A DNA stretch of 63,118 bases, filler included, from Octopus bimaculoides (lineage: Eukaryota): the NCBI RefSeq assembly GCF_001194135.2. It is 7 parts of 6 records of this genome, joined end to end, with 100 filler letters (N's around TTAATTAATTAA, not from the genome) between each part and the next. Parts side by side here need not be neighbours in the genome. Positions count along the whole stretch, not along the records: positions 47,383 to 59,027 come from NC_068985.1; positions 59,128 to 63,118 come from NW_026337002.1; 5 more parts are not named here. One strand, 5' to 3'. Under the pieces are notes generated by a model. That model saw only the letters and a program-made list of their open reading frames with translations. It ran no database searches and had not been told where the DNA came from. The position numbers and the translations under genes were made by a program. Within the stretch, counting starts at the first letter, position 1. Every line of letters begins with the position of its first letter. Shown here in pieces: positions 51,576-63,118 of this stretch.

Positions 51576-52386
51576 CGAAAGGATATCAAAAGGTTTCCGA
51601 AATAGTTCTGTAGCGCGCCAACAGATGGCAGCACACGGTTGCGTGCGCTGTGAGTGACATTGCTGTGTTTACTCCGCAAATTGTGAAATTTGTGTTTTTG
51701 TGATCACGTGTATGCTGTAGTTTGTGATTTTTATCATGGACAGAAAGTTGGAACAAAGAGCCATCGTGAAATTTTGCATTAAACTTGGGAATTATGCTAC
51801 AGAGACATTGAACATGCTTCGGCAAGCTTATGGCGATGAGGCGATGTTTTGGGTGGGACAGGCGCTTCAAAAACGGATGGCAGAGCTGCAGCTCAATCAA
51901 AAGCATGCTCGTCGTTTTTTTCCTACATACGCGGTATCGTGCATCGAGAATTCGTCCTCCAGGGCGACGTTTTGAAGCGTATGAAGGAGGAAATTCGGTG
52001 AAAGCGACCAGAACTGCGGAGCGCGAAGAATTGGATTCTTCACGACGACAATGCATCCTGTCACCAATCTCTCCTCACTCGTGAGTTTCTCGCTAAAATC
52101 AACATGGTATTGCTTCCACACCCACCCTATTCGCCAGATTTAGCACCTGCGGACTTCCATCTGTTCCCCAAGATGAAAAGGTAGCTCAAAGGTCACTGTT
52201 TTAATACCGTTCTCGAGATCCAGAGCGAATCTCAGAACGTCCTTGACTCGCTTACGGAAAATGACTTCAAAGGTACTGGTATATTGCTGCGCAAGCTGAC
52301 TATTTTGAAGATGATGCTAAAACTTAGGTAAATAAGTTATTGTTTATTAAACATAACTAGGCCGAGAACTTTTTGATACCACCTCG
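51576..52386 (+). mobile_element. internally deleted mariner element with both TIRs
   Basis: TA|CGAAAGGATATCAAAAGGTTTCCG..CCGAGAACTTTTTGATACCACCTCG ends; fragments QRAIVKFCIKLGNYATET, WILHDDNA and HPPYSPDLAPADFHLFPKMK. Confidence 0.9.
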
Positions 52387-52838
52387 CATCTTCGGAAAAA
52401 TACTTTGTTGTATTTCTTCCGGTTCTTTAAATTCTGAGTTCAAATTCTAACAAGGTGAGCTTTGACTCCTGTCTTTCCGGAGTCGATAAAAATAAATGCC
52501 AGTTGAACACTGGGCTCGAAGTAATCGACTCACTCTCCCCCTAAAATAGCTGACTTTGGGCCAAAATTCAAAACCGTTATGAGTTGTTAGGTGAGTTGGA
52601 TTCTTGGCGATAAGGTCCTCACTTCGATTCCTGGACCAGGTGAAGTGTTGTGTTCTTGAGCAAGGCACATGTTCTCAAGTTACTCCAGTCTATCCAGCTG
52701 AAAATGACTGCAAGCCAACTGTTGTTGCAGCCTTCTTTCCTCCTAGCTGTTACATGCGATGTTCCGTTGGGTTAAAGATAGAAGGCTCGAGAAAGTGTCA
52801 ATGTTTGCTCACCATTACACAGGCCCTTCAAATAATTA

Positions 52839-53450
52839 TAGGGTGTGCAGGATAAATTTGACAGTTTGCATAAAAGCAAAGTAAAACACAATATCTCATC
52901 CAAAGATGAAAGCATTTAAAAACAAAATGAAAAAATATCAACTAGATTATGGCTCGGAGGTACACAAAGTAGCCGCCCTCAACTTCCACCACGGCCCCAA
53001 GATAGCTCCAGAACCTGACGCATGCGTTCCTAACTGTGTCCTTTGGAAGATCTTCGAACACATCTTTGAACTTGGTCAGCAACTTGGCTTTCGCGTTGCA
53101 GGTAGAGCGGTTGGTGTCTTTCTTAACCGCGTCTTACACATAGTATTCCATAAGATTATATCTGGTGTAATTAGGAGGTCAGAAATTGGAGCTAGTGAAG
53201 GCGTAGAAACTCTCCGACAACTGCTTGTGATTTTTACCAGAGGTATAGTAAGGACGCGAATCCTGCTGCCATACATATGGCCTTCCAGTAGCAACGCTTT
53301 CCAGCCAGAGTTTGTCCACAATTTCCAGCAGCTACACATAACCATCTGAATTGAGCTTAAGGCTCTGTTCAAAGATGTGAGGCGGCATGAAGTCACCCTC
53401 ACCAATAGAGATGGTAAGCCTGGTATCATTTTCAAATAGGTTTCAGAACC
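52839..53450 (-). mobile_element. Tc1/mariner-superfamily transposase C-terminal fragment (maT/DD37D-like) with 3' end
   Basis: GDFMPPHIFEQSLKLNSDGY..RPYVWQQDS..F*PPN..YNLMEYYV*DAVKKDTN..RFWSYLGAVVEVEGGYF; likely TIR at about 52839 after TA. Confidence 0.75.
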
Positions 53451-53469
53451 TTTTTTTTAGTGATCCTAC

Positions 53470-53872
53470 AATCACTGGTACGGTAGTCGCCTTAAGATGC
53501 CACATTTTCCAATTTCTATTAGCAAGTCTTTATATTTACTGATCTTGTCAAATTCTTTCGCAGCTATATTATGATCGCAAGGAATACTCATGTCAATTAA
53601 GAAACACGTCTTCTTTGCCTGATCTTTTATAATAATATCCCGTTTATTAGCTTTTATAGTTTTGTCGGTATGTACGGGGAAGTCCTAGAGAATCGACACA
53701 TTTCTCACTCAGTCACAGCTTCAGGATGGTGTTTATACCATTTGTCAGCGATTTTGAGTTTATAATGCCGACATATTGTCCAGTGTAAATACTGGTCGAC
53801 TCTGTCATGTCTTGCTTTATATTCAACAGATACTAAGGCTCTACACCCTGAGATTAGGTAGTCTATAGTTGC
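53470..53872 (-). mobile_element. RLE-type LINE C-terminal fragment (Zn-knuckle/RLE region)
   Basis: TIDYLISGC..YKARHDRVDQYLHW..KWYKHHPEAV, then (frameshifted) DFPVHTDKTIKANKRDIIIKD..FLIDMSIPCDHNIAAKEFDKISKYKDL. Confidence 0.85.
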
Positions 53873-54593
53873 AATCTCAATCTTATTATTATCATTACTG
53901 AGTGAGAGAGCAGTGCATGCCATCAAAGTGACACTGGGGTAAAATGTACGAAGCCCAGTATACCCATCATGACTACCCGTCTAATAAGGGTACACCAGAC
54001 ACATGCATCACAACCATATGTGCGCAACATTGTGATCTCATATCAAGATAAACAGCGCATGAACTCGCAGGTGGAGCCCGGTTAGAATTTTCTTCAGGTC
54101 GATTAACCCATCCCGCTCAAAAGGTCCCTGAATAAGGTTTGTTTAAGGATGTTGAGCAAAACACCCATGTTTCCAAAGGTGAATTATTCAAACCCCAAAG
54201 AATTCCACTCAACACATGGCTATGATGCTCCCTCACTACTTCTGCTCGTGTTCAGAGATGCACATATCGTCAGTCACCAAGGTACATGCTCAACTGGTTA
54301 AGGTCAAACAACTGACAAGTAAATCTGTGGTATTAAGCAGAATATTTGCTGTAGCCCATCTTTTTATACCAAGACAAAACAATGTACATGATAACACTTC
54401 CAATCAATTAAAACCAGAAGACATGAGAGCCACTGCCTGGTACTGCATCCGGGCATTATTATTATTTCTACCTTCCTTTCTGCAACCATACTACTACTAC
54501 TATTTACTGCAACTATCTTTGGGAATCTCCTGCCAGTCAGATAACTGTTATTCTTTTTTCTGTATGACTCTAGCAACTCTTAATAAAATTTAT

Positions 54594-54652
<59 letters not shown>

Positions 54653-54829
54653 GTTATTATTATTTCTGCAGAAGACGTAAAAGTTGAAATGCCGGATTGA
54701 ATTATTTTTAGTGTATCTGCAGTGGAAGAAGACTGAAGTCCTGGATTAAGTTATTTTGACGTGTTTTTTTGCAGAGGAAAATAAATTGAAGTACACGATT
54801 AAATCAAATGCGCGGTGTTTTGTTACATA

Positions 54830-55146
54830 TCATAAAAAACCCCAATCACGGAAATAATGAAAATGACGCTATCTAGTTAATCATCCCATTCGCTATGCAA
54901 ATTAAGAATAATATAGTTAAAACAATATTTAGATTAATTAAAAAACATTTTATAAAAGGGAAAAACAAATGCTGTGAGATAATTAACAACAAAACAATCA
55001 AAATAGGATACAGTTTAACACATAATCTGGCTACCATCATCTCCTCAATAAACAATAGAAAATTGGACACCTATTTAAGTAGAAAAAATAACAACAGTAA
55101 TATGCACACTAGTAATAGCAATAGCCACAACAACAACAACAACAAC

Positions 55147-55180
<34 letters not shown>

Positions 55181-55790
55181 GAAACAATAATATTAAAATC
55201 AATAACAACAACAACAACAACAACAACAATAATAATAATAATAATAGCGATACGAATAATAGCAATAATAACAACAACAATATCATTATTAGTATCAACA
55301 ATAGCCACTGCACCGATAATGCAATACCTAATGCTACCCACAATATTGCCCCCACACAGCTATATAGAACCTGTGATTGTAGAATTAGCAGTAATTGTGT
55401 ATTCAACAATAATTGCGTTAGAAAGGTAGTAGTATATCAATGTGTAGTAAGTACGTAATCTGGTAATAAGGTATATATAGGAGCAACTCAGAATAATATG
55501 AGACATAGGCTTAATCACCATAAGTACACCTTTAAAAACAAATAGGAGAAATTCAACGGGATTAATCAACTACATATGGGAACTTAAGGATAGGTGAATT
55601 GATTATAACCTACAATGGAAGATTTTAACCACAGCACCAGCGTATAGTACAAAGAATAGGAAATGTATGTTATGTTTAAATGAAATTTCCTTCATGATTA
55701 AAACCAACCTTCCGCTTGTAAATTCTCTTAAGGAGAGAAACGCCTTCTGCCTTCACAAGGCGAAGCACACCTTTTCTAAATACCATTAGT
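54830..55790 (+). mobile_element. Penelope-like element, 3' part of ORF with GIY-YIG endonuclease (decayed)
   Basis: PFAMQIKNNIVKTIFRLIKKHF..TIKIGYSLTHNLATIISSINNRKL, CDCRISSNC, VVYQCVVST*SGNKVYIGATQNNMRHRLNHHKYTF: linker, CCHH-type Cys residues and GIY-YIG equivalents. Confidence 0.85.
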
Positions 55791-58433
55791 ACTAGTTATT
55801 TAACCCCCACTATCACTAGCGCCCCTCCTTATTCGTATCATAATAACAATATTCGTATTATTAACACCTTTCTGTACATGGTCACCATCTAATGTTTGCC
55901 ATATCCCCCCATTGCGCTATATGCCCTGGTTCTTCCCACCCTAACTAGTTTGCAATTAGCCTTTTCCAGGTAGGTAGCTGTATATACTTTTGAGTGTATG
56001 TATGTACGAATATATGCATGTATGCTGCGTGTGCAGATGTATATATGTATGTATACATGTATGTGTGTATCTATGCATATATACGTGTGCACATATAAGT
56101 ACATGCAATTGTATCCCTATTTCAGTGCGTGTAAGTATGTGTAGGTATAAGGCTTTGTATGCATAGGTGAATATGTGTATTGTGTCTGTATGTATGAGTG
56201 TGCGTTGTTTGAGTGTATATATACATGTATATGTATGTAGGTGTATATGTATGTAGGTGTATATGTTTGTGTATGTATATATATATGTATGTGTGAGTAT
56301 ATTTGTGTGTACATGTATATGTATGTGTATATATATGTGGATGTGTATGTTTGTGCATATACATACACATATTTTTTTTGTGTGTGTGTATGCATATACA
56401 GGCTTATATAGGTATAGATATGGGCATGTGTATGTATGCATATATGTACATATTTATATGGCTACATATGAGAGGGTATGTAAGAAGCCATAGGCATTTG
56501 GATGTTTACACACATATGTATCCATAGTTATGGAAATGAATACATACGTGTGTGCACTTGTATGGAGATAAGGGTATGGGTAAGGGCCAGTATGGATTTG
56601 CATGTATATAATAGTGTGCACACATGGGTATGGGTGTGAATGTATATCTGATTAGTATTAGTACAGGTGCATATGTGGGTCTGTAGACATATTTGTATGT
56701 ATGCTTGCTGGAGTGTGAGTATAATCAGGTACAGATAGGAATATCCCATCGCTTTTTGTCTACCATTGGTATGTTACTCCATACTTCTATTAGGAATGCT
56801 CTACGTAAACCTAGCTTATACACTAGGGCTAAGAACCCCTCTCTTATGAGCCTTTTGAATAAACACGCGGGACTAGTTCATCATACATACTAACGCTTAG
56901 TAATTGAAATGCACCCTAGAAATGAGCAGAGTAATAATAATATAGCACACTATTCACTAACTTAACTTATGAATATAAACCATTATGCACAATCGGATAA
57001 TTGAATATGATATAATATAATATAATTTACTATAGTTAAACTACCTTATACATCGTAATCCATAGATATCTACACCCCATAGTTGACACCCTTATGCGAA
57101 CACAAATACCTCCAATTTACATCTACAACTGGTATTACCTCTTCCCTTAGAGCTAAACTGAGTACTATTCCAATACGGAATTAATTAATTAATTTAATTA
57201 GCTAGAAATACCCGGGTTACCCCCCTTTAGCTATACACAGAATTACCGATAGCTGAATATATATATATATATATATCCATGTAAACATTTTCTTCAAACT
57301 ACCCCTTTTTAAAAAAAACACATAATTTAATATTATAAAACAGTGCCACTCCTTTAGTACTTTATATCTAATATTCTAATCTATATTTTACTAGTATAAG
57401 TTTTAGCACTGAATAACTATAAGTTAGCAAAACAAACAACAACTATTCGTCCGGTCCGGTCCACTTTTGTCCCTATTCACAAAGTCCTCCTTCTTCTGCC
57501 TTCCGACAACAATGAATCCCCTGTCCAGCTCCTATATTATATTTAACCATATACAGTTGACTCCGCCGATAGATAGATGTATGTTTTATATGTTTATATT
57601 TTTATACGTTTATACTCTTTTATTTTTTATATGTTGTCCTTTAGGATCCTCTTACCTTAGTCCTATTGTTTTAGTTATCGCACTTACTCACCTATTTACT
57701 TGTTTTTAATTTTATTTTGCTCATTTACTTGCCCATAATGGCCATGGTTTATTTATTTATTTGATTTGTTTTGTTTTATCGGTTAATCATCAACGAACCG
57801 TAACCACGTCATGGTTTTCAAAAAAATAGCTGACCAATTAGCTGTAGGACTGACCATGACCCCACCCCACGACACATAGGGATTCCAAGACTTGGTGATC
57901 CTCAAAAAATAACGAACACTAACACCGCACTTTGGTCCCACCTAGTTCCTTACTCTCATTAGTACATTCATATACCAAATTTTCCCCATGATGTGTTCAC
58001 CATCATAGGCTGCTTATGCCATACCATCCGCAACGTTGCACCTACTAGCTGGCACTTTACATATAAACTTTCACCTACGTAACACGGACCATACCTTCAA
58101 ATCTACCATTGTATTTCTATGTAAACATAATGTGAATTTCTATGTAAACATAATGCGAACTATTGCCTAAATTCACCCTTCCTGAAAAAAACTCCTCCTG
58201 AGAACGACTATATTCACCTATCTACAATTGGACGAAATAACATGGATCTTGGAATACATCATGGGAAGTCTGTAGATTATTCCCCTTCCTATACCTAAAT
58301 AATTTTAATAGGTTGTGCTTCACTAATATCCCCATGTTTGCTCCTATTCTTTTTCTGCCTTTTCAAAAAGACAAACACGCCGTACCTATTGTTAACTGTT
58401 TTTTATATGTATTAGCCCTCCCAACGACTTAGA

Positions 58434-58557
58434 CCCTCTAAAGAAGCCTAGAGGCACATTCATCATCCAAACTTTATCTGCCCATCCCTGCAGAACAGTG
58501 AGGAGATAGAGATGGCATGGAGGAGTTCGTTGCCTCTAGGCAGAAACGGCCGTAAGG
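58434..58557 (+). ncRNA. Penelope pLTR-type hammerhead motif with G5A mutation and long helix II
   Basis: CCT-CTAAAGA-A-GCCTAGAGGCA..TGCCTCTAGGC-A-GAAA-CGGCCG-TA-AGG: 11-bp helix II, palindrome ACGGCCGT, GUA triplet; downstream of and on the same strand as the PLE ORF. Confidence 0.6.
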
Positions 58558-58760
58558 AACTAGAACCTACTGACAATCTGATCTTTTGGTCTTTTGTTCT
58601 TTTCGTCTTTCCTGTAATATTAGTACATGTGTATGTAACACATAGTTATTACATGTGTATGTATTCTCCAAATACTTTCTAATACTTTTGAATGGACATA
58701 TTAGAATGTCTACCGGCTGATGTATGTCGTGTTTTTGCATCCTCTCCATTTTCTTATTTG

Positions 58761-58797
<37 letters not shown>

Positions 58798-58922
58798 CTA
58801 CTAGCGTTCTACATCAGATTCGCGTTTGGCCGTACGGCTTTTTTATGTTGTTTTCACTGTCCAATTTTTCCTGTCTTGGTTTACGTTTGCCACCTTGGAA
58901 TCCTGTTTAGTTGGTTGATCCA

Positions 58923-58982
58923 CTACTCAGGAAGAGACTATTCTAGAGTACGTCGTGCCTTATCTTCGAAACGTCGAGTTAG
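58923..58982 (+). ncRNA. decayed minimal hammerhead motif (CUG apparently deleted)
   Basis: CTACTC-[..]AGGA-AGAGA..TCTTC-GAAAC-GTC-GAGTTAG; helix I ACTC/GAGT is present. Confidence 0.35.
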
Positions 58983-59494
58983 AATAGAGGCAGCTGATGA
59001 ATAATTCCAAATGGCTTTCTGTTTTCCNNNNNNNNNNNNNNNNNNNNNNNNNNNNNNNNNNNNNNNNNNNNTTAATTAATTAANNNNNNNNNNNNNNNNN
59101 NNNNNNNNNNNNNNNNNNNNNNNNNNNGTGGGGGGGGGGCACCCTGTATAACTCACCCACTCCTGCACAGGGCACTGATCCAGGCATTGCAGGAACTCAT
59201 TTACAGCTGAATTGAATGAAATAATATAAAAATGAGGTATTTTGCTCAAAAACACAAGGCACCACCTAGTACAGGGATTGAAATCAAAAACTTGCAATCA
59301 CAAGTGCAACACGTTAACTACTGGGCTATGAGCCCTCACATGTTATTGCATACTTTCTACACTAATACTCTTGCTTCCACCACCCATTTTTGGCTTCAGT
59401 ACTTGGTTTGTTCTCCCTTGTATTTTTCCCTCTTTGGTCTATATGTTCTTGATCAGTTGTTCTCAATCATTTATTACCTATGGAGCCCTTAGAT

Positions 59495-59560
59495 CAGCGT
59501 TTCGCAACCGGGGTTCCCCAGAACCCTAGGGTTCCACAAAAGGTTCCTAGGCGTTGTGCG
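59495..59560 (+). mobile_element. possible hAT-like terminus
   Basis: CAGCGTTTCGCAACCGGGGTTCC resembles non-autonomous hAT ends; no partner end identified. Confidence 0.3.
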
Positions 59561-59621
59561 AGAAAGAGTGAGATATGCTGAAGCTAATTTCATGATATAT
59601 AATCATATGTTGTTGTTGTTG

Positions 59622-59845
59622 GCACTCCATCGCTTATGGCATCGAGGGTTCCAGTCGATCCGGTCAACGGAACAGCCTGCTCGTGAAATTAACGTGCAAG
59701 TGGCTGAGCACTCCACAGACATGTGTACCCTTAACGTAGTTCTCGGGGATATTCAGCGTGACAAGGCTGACCCTTTGAATTACAGGCACCACAGAAACAG
59801 GAAGTAAGAGTGAGAGAAAGTTGTGGTGAAAGAGTACAGCAGGGT
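59622..59845 (-). mobile_element. family C SINE 3' part, cut by a gap
   Basis: Highly similar to 17510-17755 (aacggaacagcctgctcgtgaaattaacgtgcaagtggctgagcactccacagac). Confidence 0.85.
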
Positions 59846-60959
59846 TNNNNNNNNNNNNNNNNNNNNNNNNNNNNNNNNNNNNNNNNNNNNNNNNNNNNNN
59901 NNNNNNNNNNNNNNNNNNNNNNNNNNNNNNNNNNNNNNNNNNNNNNNNNNNNNNNNNNNNNNNNNNNNNNNNNNNNNNNNNNNNNNNNNNNNNNNNNNNN
60001 NNNNNNNNNNNNNNNNNNNNNNNNNNNNNNNNNNNNNNNNNNNNNNNNNNNNNNNNNNNNNNNNNNNNNNNNNNNNNNNNNNNNNNNNNNNNNNNNNNNN
60101 NNNNNNNNNNNNNNNNNNNNNNNNNNNNNNNNNNNNNNNNNNNNNNNNNNNNNNNNNNNNNNNNNNNNNNNNNNNNNNNNNNNNNNNNNNNNNNNNNNNN
60201 NNNNNNNNNNNNNNNNNNNNNNNNNNNNNNNNNNNNNNNNNNNNNNNNNNNNNNNNNNNNNNNNNNNNNNNNNNNNNNNNNNNNNNNNNNNNNNNNNNNN
60301 NNNNNNNNNNNNNNNNNNNNNNNNNNNNNNNNNNNNNNNNNNNNNNNNNNNNNNNNNNNNNNNNNNNNNNNNNNNNNNNNNNNNNNNNNNNNNNNNNNNN
60401 NNNNNNNNNNNNNNNNNNNNNNNNNNNNNNNNNNNNNNNNNNNNNNNNNNNNNNNNNNNNNNNNNNNNNNNNNNNNNNNNNNNNNNNNNNNNNNNNNNNN
60501 NNNNNNNNNNNNNNNNNNNNNNNNNNNNNNNNNNNNNNNNNNNNNNNNNNNNNNNNNNNNNNNNNNNNNNNNNNNNNNNNNNNNNNNNNNNNNNNNNNNN
60601 NNNNNNNNNNNNNNNNNNNNNNNNNNNNNNNNNNNNNNNNNNNNNNNNNNNNNNNNNNNNNNNNNNNNNNNNNNNNNNNNNNNNNNNNNNNNNNNNNNNN
60701 NNNNNNNNNNNNNNNNNNNNNNNNNNNNNNNNNNATATATTTGTTTTGCAAGATTCTTGATGTGAATTTGTGATAATTTTGTATTTGGGGATGGTCATGT
60801 TGCCAGATTAGCCAATAAAAACACATGCACTGTATATGTGGTGTTCAATTGATTTATTTTATATTCATCGTCTTTCGTCACACTTCTGTGACCTCATCAG
60901 TGGTCCTTTGCTTTCTTCTTTCTTTTTTGTGCGTCTTTCCTTACTCACGATCATTTGTC

Positions 60960-61190
60960 AAGCGATGGTGGGGAACAAACATAGACACAAAGACAAACAC
61001 ACGTAAATATATACATATATACAACGGGCTTCTTTCAGTTTCTCTCTACCAAATCCACTCACAAGGCTTTGGTCAGCCTGAGGCTACAGTAGAAGACATT
61101 TATTTGCCCAAGGTGTCATGCAGAGGGACTGAACCCGGAACCATGTGGTTGGGAAGCAAGCTCCTTATCACACACAGCCACGCCTGCACA
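60960..61190 (-). mobile_element. family B SINE copy
   Basis: Reverse complement of the 26411-type head: caggcgtggctgtgtgtgataaggagcttgcttcccaaccacatggttccgggttcagtcc. Confidence 0.7.
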
Positions 61191-61655
61191 CACACACGCA
61201 CACACACATATATAGCATAACGGGGAAAGCATAAATTTCAGATAATTCATAGTTTGTTTGTATGTATGAATCTGCGTGCATGCATAATAGGCTACTATAG
61301 GAGTGGGATGAACAGAATACACAATATAGCGAGAGGGGGAGAGAGAAAGAGAGAGAGAGATGAAAAACGGAAATAACAAAACAGAAAAAGAAGCAGAAGG
61401 AGGAATGAATGAACGAATGAATAAAACAGATAGTGTGGGTTGTGGAGCGGAGAGTAGTAAAGACTTAGTGTAGGCTGCTTGACGGTGATCCAGCAGAGGA
61501 CCCATAATATCAGTGTCAGTGGTTGTTGTCAGACTGCAGTAAAGTATGATCGTTCGCGGGAAGTCTTTACTTGAGTCATTGAGAGAGACAATGTAGTATT
61601 ACACACGAGCAGCTGTTTCTGTGAGTAAACCTTTAGTTATGTTATGCAGTGTGTG

Positions 61656-61700
<45 letters not shown>

Positions 61701-62134
61701 GTACATATATGTGTATGTTTATGTTTATGCCTTGCGCTTGGATTCTCTTCTCTCCCGCTCTCTCTATATATATACACACACACACACAGCGAGTTTATGT
61801 TTATGATATATAATGTGTGTATACATATGTGTATATCTATCTATCTATCCACACACACACACACACATGTAGATGTATTTATGTATATATAAATACATAT
61901 ACTCAGTAAATCTGTGTTTATAAGATATTTTCGGTAAAAGAGACCGATAGAATAAGTACTAGACTTACAAAGAGTAAGTCGGTTTGTTCAATTAAAGGCA
62001 GTGCTCCAGCATGGCCGCAGTCAGATGGCTGAAACAAGTAAAAGAATAGAAGAATGTGTATGTATATATGTGTGTATCTGTATGCATTCAGATATATGTT
62101 GATGTTTATATATGTCGTGTATGTGTGTGTGTAC

Positions 62135-62165
<31 letters not shown>

Positions 62166-62803
62166 ATCCTTCTGTGACCGTCGCATGATTGCCTAGATAG
62201 ATGGATTTATATATATAAGCAAATAGGTGTATCTGTGTTTGTATATGTATGTAATGGTATTTGTGTACGCGTGTGTGTGTATATATATATATGTTTGCAT
62301 TATACATAAACGCATATAGTTGTATAGGTAATACATATAGATATACNNNNNNNNNNNNNNNNNNNNNNNNNNNNNNNNNNNNNNNNNNNNNNNNNNNNNN
62401 NNNNNNNNNNNNNNNNNNNNNNNNNNNNNNNNNNNNNNNNNNNNNNNNNNNNNNNNNNNNNNNNNNNNNNNNNNNNNNNNNNNNNNNNNNNNNNNNNNNN
62501 NNNNNNNNNNNNNNNNNNNNNNNNNNNNNNNNNNNNNNNNNNNNNNNNNNNNNNNNNNNNNNNNNNNNNNNNNNNNNNNNNNNNNNNNNNNNNNNNNNNN
62601 NNNNNNNNNNNNNNNNNNNNNNNNNNNNNNNNNNNNNNNNNNNNNNNNNNNNNNNNNNNNNNNNNNNNNNNNNNNNNNNNNNNNNNNNNNNNNNNNNNNN
62701 NNNNNNNNNNNNNNNNNNNNNNNNNNNNNNNATACACACACACATTTCGTTTTTATATTTAATGTAATGACTTTGTCTTTGGATGGATAGATAGATAGAT
62801 ACG

Positions 62804-62844
<41 letters not shown>

Positions 62845-63118
62845 GGGATCCTTTTTCTCATGATGCGTAGAACCAGGTCAACTTTGGTTTGGCTGGCATA
62901 TGATTGTATTCTAAGGTATTCTAGCCGTGACCATCACGTCATTAATGTAACACGGTAGGTTACGTGGATCTGAAGGACATTTGGCTGCTATTTCTAGTAT
63001 AACTCCTCGTGTTTCTTGTTGTTTGTGCTCGTATATGTGTGTTTACGTGTAAGCTATCTTCGCATTAATAATTATGTATAAAAATTCATGTATATAAAAT
63101 ATGATATATATATATATA

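Noticed and set aside
52745-52855. Frame SCYMRCSVGLKIEGSRKCQC after a strong polypyrimidine-AG
   Set aside because: It needs phase 2, lies between a SINE tail and a transposon terminus, and runs into the TIR.
60850-60905. Minus-strand CTGATGA-G-GTCACA(GAAG)TGTGAC-GAAA hammerhead-like core
   Set aside because: A good helix II, but no helix III, NUH triplet or helix I could be found.
61440-61626. Possible first exon ending at TCT|GTGAGT with TCAGT initiator-like motifs
   Set aside because: No ORF or downstream exon identified; such motifs are common by chance.
1262-62861. Long ORFs of 200-380 aa in the ORF track
   Set aside because: They run through N-gaps (poly-X) or microsatellites (YIYI, HTHT, CVCV, poly-I/N/D); no coding evidence.

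Overview
Repeat-dense, AT-rich eukaryotic draft-assembly window with about 20 N-gaps and many microsatellites. The SINE families, the repeat density and the gap-marker style suggest a coleoid cephalopod (Octopus-like) genome; this is inference only. I can support one host gene: a secreted Argos/giant-lens-like cysteine-rich protein on the + strand. Its signal-peptide exon (32375-32488) splices in frame to a 384-nt exon with 10 Cys (36696-37079); the expected third exon is not securely found. The rest is mostly transposon debris: L1/Tx1-like LINE fragments, a 5' LTR + gag-pro-RT Ty3/gypsy remnant, several Tc1/mariner fragments, 3' ends of RLE-type LINEs, a Penelope-like element, and at least three tRNA-derived SINE families. 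The least expected signal is a set of type-I hammerhead-ribozyme-like motifs. One has a fully intact core inside a 57-bp inverted-repeat cassette, one is a U4C variant on the sense strand of the host gene intron, and several are decayed. No prokaryotic features (CRISPR, operons, rRNA) were seen. All structures were read by eye; nothing was aligned or folded computationally.
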